Of a stretch of 64,000 bases of DNA, positions 46,826 through 60,183 are shown one piece after another. Each line of letters starts with the position of its first letter. Within the stretch, counting starts at the first letter, position 1. Made by a program: the position numbers and the translations under genes. The DNA is from the human T2T-CHM13v2.0 reference genome, Homo sapiens. Under the pieces are notes generated by a model. The model worked only from the letters and a program-made list of their open reading frames with translations. It did not search any database and was not told where the DNA came from. The DNA is taken from NCBI RefSeq assembly GCF_009914755.1, contig NC_060936.1; one strand, given 5' to 3'.

Positions 46826-48616
46826 AGCAATTATTTACTCATCAATTCCAACTTGCCAATCCTTATAGTGCTATTATGATTAATTTAGTAGCTTTAACAT
46901 TGTAATAAGGTCTTCTGACAGTTCAAGAAAATTGCTGGACTCACTTTAAAGCTTTGAGATACTGATAGAGAGCAACAATTATACTTAATATTATATGATC
47001 AAATAGAAGTAGGATTATTACTTATATATTTACATAAAATATATATTTTACATGATTATAATATATAATTATATTTTATATATGAGCATACAAAATTATA
47101 TATGATCATCTATCAATCTGTATACAACTATATTATAGTAGATATTATACCTTTCCTGCCATTAATATCTAGTACAAAGTATTACCTAGTGTTTTTGTCA
47201 TTTTGATTATTTGGGTGCTGAGAGTGACACTATTGAAAATATATAATAGAATGCTGAGCAGAATTCTATTCTATTCACAACTGTCTGCCTGGAAGAAAAC
47301 AATCCGCACAGTTTTTTAAAAAATGAGTATACCCAGAATGCTCAATATTATTTAGTGAAAAACTATATATTTAAATAAAGAGAGGTGTACCTCATGACTT
47401 TTACTCCACTATCATAGAAGATGGTCAAGTAGAAGAGGAGGGTTATAAAGCACAAAAAAGCATAAAAATAATGCCATGATATCCATTTTCAATTTTTGGA
47501 AGTCTCTCTCAAACATATTTGCTAGATATTAAATTCAGATTCTTAGATTTAAAAAAATGCAATGTGGAGGTCACATTTTCTTGTGGATGTATGACAGAAT
47601 CAGGTTACATAAGTAGTATTTGATATTAAATGCAAAGCAGGGATTCTCATTTCCCAGCCTGTCTTGAGCTGATAATGGTTGTGAAACATATCACAAAGAC
47701 TACTATAATGGGAGGAACCAGACATTCCTGCTGTGAATTTTCTTTTTTCTCTAGAAATGGGGTATCATATTTAATGTTGCAAGATATCAATATGCATACC
47801 TTATCCTACCAAAAACAACTCATTTAGTAATGTAATTAAGACTAAATCACACCACAAGTATCCAGCATTCACATTGAAATGTAAATTCAAGTAGAATTTA
47901 TAAAAGTCCAGGCTATTTCACATTTTTCTTCTTCACTGGGTTTTTTTTTTCTTATAAACTTTTTTTCTTTACACCACTTTTAATATTTCCAACAGCAGCA
48001 AAAATAGAGTTTGGGGGCAACATTTTTTAACAAAATGTTTCAAGGGACTATCTATCTTCAACATTGTACTGTAGGTCCTTGTGAGATTATAGTCTTTCCT
48101 TCCATCAAAAAGCAACATTATTATATTCAAGTATATTTCACTGTCTCTTTGCTGGCCTTTTGTGACACCTCAGTACCAGTGGCGGGATATTGTTAGAGAA
48201 CACAGTGATAGAAAATCACTAATGGAAATCTTTGCAACTGTCAGCAGCTTTTCACTTTTCACATGAGGATGAGTTTGCTAATTGGATTGAGTCTGTCTCT
48301 GGTTGTAATCTAAGCAAGCATTGGTTAAAGGAGGATCTGCCATGTCACACCTGAATTGTGTGCTAGGAAGTGAAGCACACAATTAATAAGAATTATTTAA
48401 AGCACAGCCCATGTGCATAATTAAATATGCCTTATTTCCTTGATTAAAAATCTGGTTATCAAGGAAAATTTTCAACTAAGTCTTCAGGGATAGCTGAAGT
48501 AACTACCTGTAATATTTGAACTGGTGGTAGATTAACAGTGCCACAATGTGTTTAAATTATTAAGCAAAATATTGCAGCTGATTCTTACAGGATTTTAAAA
48601 GAGTGTAAATACTGAC

Positions 48617-49015
48617 TGCATTAGTTCGTTCTCATATTGCTATAGAGAACTGAGACTGGATAAATTATGAAGAAAAGAGGTTTAATTAATTGACTGACAG
48701 TTCAGCAAGCTGTAAAAGATGCATGGCTGAGGAGCCCTCAGGAAACTTACTATCATGGTAGAAGGCAAAGGAGAAACAGGTACAGTCTTCACATCAGCAG
48801 AGCAGGAGAGAGAGTGAATGAAGTGGGAGGTGCTACACACTGACAAACAGCCAGATCCTGTGAAAACTCTGTCACCGGACAGCACTAGGGGGATGGGGCT
48901 AAACCATTAGAAACCAACACAATGATCCAATTACCTCGCCCCAGGCCCCTCCTTTAACACTGGAAATTACAATTGACAGAAGATTTGGATGGGGACACAG
49001 AGCCAAACCATATCA
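48617..49015 (-). mobile_element. MSTA/THE1D-type MaLR solo LTR
   Basis: tgcattagttcgttctc...ggggacacagagccaaaccatatca; 5-bp TSD ctgac/ctgat. Confidence 0.92.
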
Positions 49016-49199
49016 CTGATTTTAGTGATAGTGTATGGCAGAGAATTACAGTGTTGCTTAGAATATTTTTAGTAATGAAATACAGGATCCAAGAGAACAT
49101 AGAGGATAGCCTCTAAGTATGGAAACTACTCATGAGCTAATTTTTATTTGCATAATGTAATGGTATTTACTGTAGCAGAGAGTGACTTACCACTATCAA

Positions 49200-49550
49200 T
49201 AGTCTCTTTTTGTTATAAAACTTCCAGAACACATTCCCAGTGTTTTTGCATCGATATGGGGTCAAATGACCCAGCTTTAGCCATTGAAAAGTGAACAGAA
49301 GCAGTTGGCCACTAAAATGTCCCTCAATATTCTCTAAAAAGTCTCTATCTTTGGTCATTGGCTAATGGGGTACAGAGTTTCCAGTGGAGTACACTAAAGG
49401 CTACAGGATAGGCAAATCATTAGGTGGAATGAACCTGGGTCCCAAATGATTGCATGGAGCAGAGACACTCTCTCTCACCTCTGCACCTGACCCATATTAC
49501 ACTATGTGTGGAATGAGAAATAAACTTGTTATTTATAAATTATTACTGTA
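49200..49550 (+). mobile_element. MLT1J-like MaLR LTR fragment
   Basis: aacctgggtcccaaatgattgcatggagcagag...gaatgagaaataaactt. Confidence 0.65.
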
Positions 49551-50177
49551 AGACCTGGAAAATGAGAATCCTGGATAAATGTTTGGTGGTTGATATAGCT
49601 TGAAATTTCTTCTGTACTTTGTGAGATACTAATGCTGGTATTATTGATTCTTAAAGAGTTAGTGGGGAATTGTGAGATTTCCTATATAGAATGGACATTT
49701 TCTTTTAGTCTGTGCTGTCCCTACCCCCACTATTGTCAGTAGGAGTTAGCACAATTCAACAGTTCAGCATCCTCCACACAGTAACTTAGAAAAATGACCA
49801 AAATGCCAGCATTGTAGTCCTTTCCTTACTTTTTCCTTCAGGATGATTCACTTCCTGGTGTTTACTCTTAGGCTCAACAGTTTCAGGCAGAGGCAGCATG
49901 GATAATCTCAAGAAATAAGCATACCATTTCTCCTGCGTGTACTTCTCTTTTTATCCATCACATGCTTTTACTTATGTATATCTCCTAGCATCAAAAGGAG
50001 AAGCTGAAGTATATTTCTATTATCAGCTTGCATGGATATTAGAAGACACAAATATGCCACACACTAAATCAAGCCAATCTGCCAACCCTATGGTCTGTAA
50101 CCAGCTGAAGCTCCAAGTAATATGTTGTTGAATAGCTCTGTTGCCCTCTAAGGTTGTAAGCAGTATGCTACAATTAA

Positions 50178-50516
<339 letters not shown>

Positions 50517-51927
50517 ACATATGAGTTTTTGTACAAAAATTTTTTTAGTAAAATTTATGCATATGTAGCAATTTACAGCTATAAAATTCACAAACTTTAT
50601 GAACAATTGTCAATTATACCACTTGGGGATAAAGCATTTAGGAAGGGTTTATTATTACAAACTGAGTTAGAATAAAGCATGGAGAAAGAAATATTATTAG
50701 GTCATTTGTCAAAGTCCTATTAAGAATAAATGTGATTTTAAAAACATATTCTTTATTACAATTCGACTTCTATCCTTTCAGTTACAGTAAGTGGCTATTA
50801 TTTTTAAAAACTGTATTTAAATATTTTCCTTGATTCCTCTTCTTCGTTCTTAGAAATGTGTACAATATCATACATAGGAAGTCAATGTTTTGCAAGGAAA
50901 GAAAGGATACTTAAGTAGGAGTGACAAAAACTCATTCAATCTCTAATTAGCTTTATGCTCTTGAACTATCCCTTACCTCCCAGTGCCTTGGTGCGTCTAT
51001 ACTGGATAGTCCCTAAAATCACTTCTAAGATCCTTTATGCCACATAAAAGAAAATGAGGTAAAAATTTGAATAGCCATACAGTTCCTCTGAATTTTTTTG
51101 TTTTTACTTCAAATACCAAGTATCTTTTAACTCCTCAATCTCTTTTCCACTTTAAATATGCAAAATTTTCACCTAATTTTGACTTAGCCTAAATCTCCAA
51201 ACCTTCTATCAAAGCAGTGTATAAAAAGGCTCTCAGAACAAGACGAGGAAAGTAAAAACAACATCAGTCTGTTGTCTACATCCTTCATTTATTAGTTCAC
51301 TGAAGAGGAGTCTTAACTCTTTTTTTATTTTTAAATCTTGTATTACCAAAAAACCAACTTTAGGCAAAACATTTTTGTTTCAGCCATTCCATATAATACC
51401 ACTGGGATAAAAAATTTATTAAAATACCTAACTCTTGCATAGAAAATCATATATTAATTTCACAAAAGTTTGTACATAACAAGTTAGTTGAGGACCCCAT
51501 GATAAAATAATTTGAGGGATAATTAAAGACCATTTAGAACCAGCCAACATTTAATAACATTAGAAGAAGACTAATGGAACTATAAATAGACCTTCATACT
51601 GCCAACAAAAATACACAGGAAAACAAAACAAATGGAACATAAAGACCAGACATGCAAGCTTAAAAATTTTACTTGTATAGTAAGATCCTACACTAAATTA
51701 ATAAATTTAGATCCTACAGTAAACCAAATAAATTACATATTTGGTTTTCTCAAGCTATATCAAGTATCCCTAATGGAAGAAATGCCTTATAGCATAATTT
51801 TACAAGTCTTCTCTGATTTATCTGCTTTGAGTCTCTAGCTGTGTGAGATATGTTTCCACAGAGAAAATAAATGCCTGTTCTTTATAACCAAATTCCTTCT
51901 AGCATTATATGATTTTTACCCACACTA

Positions 51928-53590
51928 TGTTACAGGATCCTTGGGGTGTCGCTTTGCCAGCCAGAAACCTCTGTGGCCAGTGGTACCTTTGCCTGAGTTT
52001 TACTCTGGCCTGCTGGGCTCATTCCATCCACTCGGCCTAGCAGGCTGCACTCAGCTGATGTTACCGACCTGGACTGCATGCCTGCCATGGGTGAGTCAGG
52101 TATGGATTGGCGAAGGGTGGGTGAGCGAGCATGGGGTCTGGCCACTGTGCACAGCCAGGCACACTGGTTACATTGGCACGGCAGCTCCAGGCAACAGAAT
52201 GGGTGCCAGCTCCCTATAAGGCCATGGCTGGATCAGGCGTACCACAAGCAGCTTCCACGGCTGGCACTGGGGAATGTTGTGGTACCTGGAAGCTTGTGGA
52301 TTCCAGGAACCACAGAGCACCAAGGAGGGTGTCACAACCCTCGTTTGCGGAGCTACTAGGCCTGAGATCCCCAAAGGGCTGCAGCTCTTCTCTGCTTCTT
52401 TCTTCTCTCCTTCTTGTCACCCACAACCTGGCAAGCAAGGGGCATGTTTCAGTCATGTTTGTGTTATAACTCTTTTAGCCCCACCATTCAGGAGGTCCTG
52501 AGTTCTTGTTCTGTGTCCAGGAAGAATGAACTACATGGACAAGTAGAAGGTGAGCAAGGAGAAGAGGTGCTTTATTGAGTGAAAGACCAGCTCAGAAGAG
52601 ACACACATTGGGTGGCTCCTCTCTGCAAGGTGGCCTAATAAGCATTCAGCTCTCAGCACAGAGGAGACCCTGGAGTGGGTAGCTCCTTTCCACAGCTAGT
52701 AGTCCCAATGTTTGCTCGGCTCTCAGCAGAGAGGAGACCCTGGTGGGGTGGTTAGCTCCTCTCCGCAGCTGATCATCCTGTCATCTCCTCAAGTCTGGCT
52801 TGTCCAGGATTTTTATGGGCTTCAGAGAGGAGGAAGTGTTTGCTAATTGGTTCATGGGCAACCATGGGCAGGCCTGGACAAAGCACCAAGTTCCAAATTC
52901 TCTCTATAGGACTGGCAGCACAGGCCCTAGGCTTCAGGCATTCACAGCTTGGAGGTGGGGCTTCACCAGGGAGCTGCCCTTTCCGCCCCAGAGCCTGTCT
53001 GCCTCCTGCTGCTGTTCCTGTCACCCAGGCTGTTTGTGCCAAGGGGCACCTGCAGGCCTGTGCCAGTTGCCCTCGGCCTCCCTCTTGTGCTCATTGGTGC
53101 CCAAAGTCCACAGGGGGCCAAAGTAGCAGGGGCCAAAGTAGCAGCTGCTCTGAGTGTGCACACACCCAGCTAGGCTGCAGCAGCTTCCTGGCTGGACCCC
53201 AATCTTGTTCCGAGATTGGAGTGGGCACTGAGAGTAGGGAGAGGCCAGGTGGTGGGAACAGACACCTCTAAACCTGCAGGGCAGGGGGGACCTCCTCAGG
53301 ACCATGAAAATGCAGAGATGCCCAGGTCTGCAGCCATGGCTTGGGTGGCTGCAGCTATGCTCAGGAAGGTGGGGCTGCTGACTGCTCCCAGCTCCTAGGA
53401 ACACAGGGAGGCCTGGGTCCTAATCTGTCAGCCATGACTTGGGTGGCTGCAGGTACACCCAGGAGGGTGGGACTCCTGCCAGCTCCTGGCTCCCACCAGC
53501 TCCCTGGAACATGGAACCCTGGCCACACCTCCCCCTCCTGCAGCTGGCGTCATGGCAGCGGCTGTTCTAGATGGGCCACCACTGCCATCA
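51928..53590 (-). mobile_element. MER52-family ERV1 solo LTR (about 1.66 kb)
   Basis: Reverse complement starts tgatggcagtggtggcccatctag and ends ggatcctgtaaca; GC-rich, CpG-decayed; internal repeats ctctcagca.agaggagaccctgg. Confidence 0.88.
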
Positions 53591-53849
53591 CCATTAGGAT
53601 TAATCTGAAATATCTACAGGTAAGGCAATTATGTCTTACAAGAAAACGCTTGGTAGAATGACCACAGCAAGTTACTCCTGTAACCCAGTGACTTTAAAAC
53701 ATATTTAGAATGATTCAGAAGATAAGGAGGCATATGTATGTGTATATAAATATTTCATATTCATAAAATGCATTTGGTAAATATAGGAAGACATTCACAC
53801 AAAGAATGGAGTCAATGAAACAATAGATATTTCACATTATTCAAATAAA

Positions 53850-54204
53850 TATGAAGGGAAGAATCTGTTTCCTTGCTCATTCAGCTTTGGCAGAATTCAG
53901 TTCCTTGCAATTATAGGATTGAGATCTCTGTTTCTTGCTTGTTGGTGGAAGGCCATTTCCAGCTTTTAGAGACTGCCACATTTCTTGGCTCACAGACCTT
54001 ATTCTCATGGCTTATCATGCCAGCCCACTCTTCTGCCTCCCTCTTCTTTTAAGAATCATGTGATTAGATTGGGTCCACTTAGAAAATTTCCCCAACTCAA
54101 GGTCTTTATTTAAACTTAATCACATCTGCAACTCTCTTTTGCCATATAAGGTGATATATAATATGTCATGGATATTGTTGGAGGACATTATTCTGCCCAC
54201 CACA
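53850..54204 (-). mobile_element. MLT1C/D-like MaLR LTR fragment
   Basis: ggcagaattcagttccttgc...gtgattagattgggtccac...cttaatcacatctgcaa...ttattctgcccaccaca. Confidence 0.8.
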
Positions 54205-54497
54205 GAGATTTAGTATGAAAACAATAAACACTATAAAATTAAACAATTTAAGAATTTTGGGGAAAGAATATCTTACCTATTTAAAAAGATTAAAATTAGT
54301 TCTGGGTCATTTGGGAATATTGTGAAAGCTTAAATAGTCTTATGTATTGTCAATAGTAACCTAATTCTTTAAGGTTTTAATGTTTAGCAGATATTCTTAT
54401 ACAGATAGAAATTATTTTCAATATGCTCAGGAAATGTCTTTGTACTGAGAATATTTCTCTTGCTTATAAAAATAATGAAGAAGTCAATTCTATTTTA

Positions 54498-54806
<309 letters not shown>

Positions 54807-54960
54807 GTCAATTCTATTTTAAACAATCTGTTTTTCAAAAGGAATCGTATCTGTGGTATATTTTGATGATTGACTTTTGATACCAAAAGATGTAATTTGT
54901 GTAGAAGATATAAATATCCACAAAGCTCTGAACTAATGCTCTTTAAAAATTGTGTTGTTA

Positions 54961-55262
54961 GACCAGGCATGGTGGCTCGTGCCTGCCGAGTGAGCCGAGG
55001 CAGGTGGATCACTTGAGGTCAGGAGTTCGAGACCAGCCTGACCAACATGGTGAAACCCTGTCTCTACTAAAAATACAGAAATTAGCTGGGCGTGGTAGCA
55101 TGTGCCTGTAGTCCCAGCTACTTGGGAGGCTGAGACAGGAGAGTTGCTTGAACCTGGGAAGCAGAGGTTGCAGTGAGCCAAGATCATACCACTTCACTCC
55201 AGCCTTGCTGACAGAGCAACAGAGCAAGACTCCATCTCAAAAAAAAAAAAAAAAAAAAAAAA
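54961..55262 (+). mobile_element. AluSx/Sz-like with small 5' deletion
   Basis: ggatcacttgaggtcaggagttcgagacc; lacks taatcccagcactttggg; diverged TSD aaaaattgtgttgtta / aaaaagtgagttgtca. Confidence 0.93.
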
Positions 55263-55624
55263 GTGAGTTGTCACAGATGTTTCATCCTAAGACCATGACT
55301 TTTAATTTGGGAAGTTCTCTGAATGCTGCAAATTTACAGGGACTTGCCAACTATTTTACTATATTTTATCTTTCCTCTTTTACTTTCTGCTGGCTCTAGC
55401 AGTTTATTTAATTTTACATTTTCTGAAGTATTTTCATTTTAAAAAGTAGGGCCTTGAGCTACATACTGTGATGGACAGAGACAATAAATATCCACTTTAA
55501 ATTTCATACTTCCTATGAAACTATAAGAAAATTGCTTTAATATGACTATTATTTAATTTAGAAGTTTATTGAAAGTAAATGAACTATTTTACTTGTATTA
55601 TATTAAACAGCAAATTAACAGACA

Positions 55625-56108
55625 TGCCGAGACCAGCTCGGCATGGTCGTAGAGACCCTAACCCAGCGGCACTAGAGGAATTAAAGACGCACACACAGAA
55701 ATATAGAGTGCAGTGTGGGAATCGGGGGTGACAGCCTTCAGAGCTGAGAGCCAGTAACAGAGTTTTACCCACATATTTATTGACAGGAAGCCAGTGATAA
55801 GCATTGTTTCTATAGATTATAGATTAACTAAAATGGGAAACAAAGGGATGGGCTCTGGCTAGTTATCTGCAGCAGGAGCATGTCTTTAAGGCACAGATCC
55901 CTCATGCTATTTTTTGTGATTCAGGAATGCCTTAAGCGGTTTTCCGCCCTGGGTGGGCCAGGTGTTCCTTGCCCTCATTCTGGGAAACCAACAACTTTCA
56001 GAGTGGGCATCAGAGCCATCACGAGCATGTCACAGTGCTGCAGAGATTTTGTTTATGGCTAGATTTGGGGGCCTGTTTATGGCCAGATTTTGGCACCTGT
56101 TCCCAACA
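55625..56108 (-). mobile_element. MER9a solo LTR (HERV-K9 / HML-3)
   Basis: Reverse complement starts tgttgggaacagg...aaaatctggccataaac; perfect 6-bp TSD cagaca (55619-55624, 56109-56114), the length expected for betaretrovirus-like ERVK. Confidence 0.93.
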
Positions 56109-56329
56109 CAGACATCTGCAATTAAATTTTATTTATTGAAGGGGAGGATATTTCGTACTATAGGCACATGGATAAAGGTGGTTTGGAAAGGAGCCATAAG
56201 ATCAATTTTTTATGAATATGTAACCTAATACCATCGTAACCAAAGTATCATTAAATAGGTTATTTGCATTTGAATGTATATATTTTTGTCCTTGATCTTG
56301 TCGGGGAGGTACTGAATCCCTGCAAGACA

Positions 56330-57768
56330 TTTTGATGGGGAGAGAACACCTTTTTCAACAAATGGTGCTGGGACCACTGCATATCTTATGCAAAAAGTGT
56401 TGGACACTACCTCACACTGTATACAAAAATTAATGGATCAAAAACCTAAAAGTAAGATTTAAAACTAAAATTCTTAGAAAAAAACAAAGGCATATTTCTA
56501 TGTGAAAATGGATTAGTCAGTGTTTTCCTACATATGATACCAAAAGTACAAGCTACTAAAGGAAAAATTGTGATAAATTGACATCTTGAAATTTTTTTTA
56601 AAAGGTCTTTCAAAGATACCATCAAGAAAGTGGATCAGGTGTGGCGGTTCCCAACTGTAATTCCATTACTTTGGAAGGTGGAGGTAGGAGGATTGCTTGA
56701 GGTCAGGAGGTCAGGGCTACAGTGATCTATAATTGCACCACTGCACTCCAGCCTAGAAAACAGCCAGACCCTGTTTCAAAGAAAATAAAAAGTCAAAAAT
56801 CACATATCTGATAAAGACTTTGTATCTAGACTATAAAGAAGTACTACAATTCCATTATAAAAAGACTATAGCATCTAGAATATAAAGAAATATTACAACT
56901 CAAATATAAAAAGAAAAGTAATACAATTACAAATGAACAAAAAGGTAAATACACATTTCTCCAAAAAAACATATGTAACATCTTCTAATCACATTTAAAA
57001 AATGCTGTCATCATTAGACATCAGAGAAATGCAAATCAAAACCACAATGATACCACTTTACACACATTTGGATAACTACTATCAAAAAGGCAGATAGTAA
57101 CAAGTATTGGTAAATGTATTTACAACTTGATTCTCCTCATACACTACTGGTGTGAATGTGAAATGATGTAGTTGTTTTGGTAAACACTGTGGCAGTTCCT
57201 CAAAATGATGAACATATAGTTATCATATGACCCAGCAATTCAACTCCTAGAGATAATCAAGAGAAATGAAAGCATATGTTCACACAAAAACTTATACATA
57301 AATGTTCATAGCAGCAGCATTCATAATGGTCAAAAAGTGGAAACAACCCAAAAATCCATCAACTAACAAATAGAAAAATAAAAGGGATGTATTTATAAAG
57401 GGGATATGTCCATACAATGAAATATTATGTAGCAATAAAAGCAGGTTAAGTCCTGATCCTGGCTACAACATGGATGAACCTTAAAAATATTATCTTATGT
57501 AAAAAAGACAGTTTCAGGTGACTACATATTGTATATATTTATATAAAATGTCTAGAACAGGTTAATGCATAAAGACTAAAGTTGTGGGTATGGCAATGAA
57601 AGAGAAAAAGAAATGACTGCAGGTTTCCTTTTAGGGTTACAAAAATGTTCTGAAATTTATTTTCTGATTGTTGTACAGTTCTGAATATTCTAAAATCATT
57701 GAATTATATTATTTAAATGAGTAAATTTTATGCCATGTGATGTATATATCTAAAGCTTTTATAAAAAT
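56330..57768 (+). mobile_element. L1MB-like 3' region
   Basis: ttttcaacaaatggtgctggg; gaaatgcaaatcaaaaccacaatga; catatgacccagcaatt; acaacatggatgaacctt; 3' end tatatctaaagcttttataaaaa. Confidence 0.88.
56632..56790 (+). mobile_element. Old Alu monomer (FRAM/FAM-like)
   Basis: ggaggattgcttgaggtcaggaggtcagggctacagtga...gcaccactgcactccagcct. Confidence 0.8.
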
Positions 57769-58811
57769 GAATATCTGTGGTAGAGGAAAATATAAACAAA
57801 TAGGTGAGTGGAATTACATAGGCAGTCATGTATGCTGGTATAGTGTGTGTCTGATCTCTAGGCTTGTATATCCTTCAATCTTATTTATATGTTACTATAT
57901 ATTTTCTTACTGGGAATAGAAAAGATTTTCTTATGTATATGAGAGTTATTCTTCTGTTATTATGGTAATCTACCAGGTATTTACCTTGTTATTTTTTGCT
58001 AGAGAGCTTGGACCCTTGGGGAAGCACAGGGCTTCAAGGTCAGAATAGCACACTGTCTCTGTTCAGCTTCAGGGATGGTTACGGAGACTTACAAGGAAAG
58101 AACCCACTGTTAAGGAAACTGTTTCATAAAAATGCCTGAGGGCCAAAGATGAAGAGAGGCTTAATTTGAAATTGAATTTATAATGAGAAAAGTAAATATT
58201 AATGCATGACTTAACAAAAAATAATACCTAAAAGCAAGTTAGGTAAAGGATGTGTTAAAACAAACATGAAGAAACAAAATATAATAGGGATACCTACTTT
58301 AAATCTAGGAGTAGAAGAATTTACCTCAAAGTCAGTGATGTTTATGCTAAGACCTAAGAAATTACCTAGTATATATTTTGAATCAGTTTTTATATGTATT
58401 ACAATATATTAATTGATGATTATTATATGTTTTATTTGAGTATGAATGCCTAATTTTATTTAATCTATTAAGTTGACTTTGTGTCTTTGTCTAAAATCAT
58501 TTATCTCTATGTGTGTTACATTATTCCTAACCCTCTATTGTATTTCGTTTGTCTATATTTTCATCTTTTCCCCAAATTCACACTCTTTTTATCACTATCA
58601 TTTTATAGTAGGTCTTTATTTCAGGTAGTGGAGATTTTCCCTTTTTTTCCCCATTCAATGTATTTTCCCTGTTAAAATTTTTTGAGTTTCTCTACAATTT
58701 AGAATCAGCTTGTCAATTCTACAAAAGAATATACTGAGATTTAGATTGGAAAGGCATTGAATCAATAGGTCAGATGGAGAGAATTGATGTGTTTGAGGTT
58801 TATGTGCGATT

Positions 58812-59067
58812 GTTTTTAATAATGGATACGTAATATATATATTTATGGGGTGTATATGATATTTCAATACAAGCATACAATGTGTAATGATTAAATCATG
58901 GTATTGTGATATATATCACCTCAAGCATTTATCATTTCTTTATATTAGAAACATCTCAATTTTACCTTTAGTAATTTTGAAATATACAGTAAGTTATTAA
59001 TTAAGTCACTGTATTGGGCTACTGAACACTAGATTTTATTTTTTCTGTATAACTGTATTTTTGTACT
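58812..59067 (-). mobile_element. L1MA-type 3' end
   Basis: atatttatggggtgta...gcatacaatgtgtaatga...atcacctcaagcatttatcatttc; flanks agaattgatgt / agaattaatgt. Confidence 0.82.
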
Positions 59068-60183
59068 AGAATTAATGTTTTAACAATAGAAGAACAGAGT
59101 ATGACTCTCCATTTAGTTAGGTATTCTTGGATTCCGTTCATCGGTGGTTTGTGTTTTCTAGGGTATAGAACTTGTATTTTGTTAGATTTATACTTAAATA
59201 ATAATTGTTTTGGATACTATTGCATACACGAGTTTTCTATTTTATAATTTTAATTACCCACTGTTTATTACTAGTCTGTAGAAATATGATAGAGTTTTGA
59301 AATGGGTCTTGCATTTTGTGATTTTATAAAGTTGTTACTTCTATTAGCTTTTAAAAATATTTTAAAATATTATTCCACATAAAGAGTTTCCTTCTTTTTA
59401 CATTTTCAATTTGTATAGAATCTTATTTCTTTTTCTGGTCTTACTGAACTTGCTAGAAACTCAGGAAAATGTTGGATAGAACTGGTAAAAGAATAAAATA
59501 TAACTTTGTTCTTGATTTTTAGGTAAAATTAATAGTAGTTGTTTGAAAAGGTTTTTGTGGTAGGTTTTCTCATCAGATTGATGAAGTTTTATGCTATTTT
59601 AGTTTGCTGAAAGGATTTAGCATAAATAAATGACACATTTTGTTACTTTTTCTTTTACACTTATTAAGATATGGTTTTTGTTTTTGTCTGTTGATATGCT
59701 GAATTACAATAATGAATTCTTGAATGTTGATCCAACCTTGAATTTTCTGAAAAAATTCTACTTGGTCATGATATATTGTTTATTTTACAACTATTTTCAA
59801 GAAGAGCATTGGTCAGTAGTTTTCATATTTTTTTTAATTTAAGAATCAGGATAATATTGGCTTCCAAATATGAGTTGGAAGTGTTACCTCCTCCTCTGTA
59901 TTCTGAAACAGTTTTGTGAAGAATTCATATTTCTTTCTTAGACCTTTGATATATTTTTTCTGTAATTCCATATAATCTTAAGTTAGAAAGTCTTATTGAT
60001 GCATTAAACTCCTTTAGTAGCTATGATTTATTAGGTTTTTTTTATAAAGTGAGACAAGTCAGGCTATTCCTTCCGTGTCTTTTGCATTTCTTCCAAGTTG
60101 TAAACTTAACAGGCATAGAGCCATTTTAAGTATTTTAGTATTTTTGTACTTTAATAGTAAACTATTATTTTAATGTCTGTAGG

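Noticed and set aside
46975-47150. AT-rich tatat stretch as an origin or matrix-attachment site
   Set aside because: Ordinary low-complexity sequence; function cannot be inferred from it
51930-53661. Dense cluster of ORFs on both strands
   Set aside because: Contained in the GC-rich MER52 LTR; no recognisable domains
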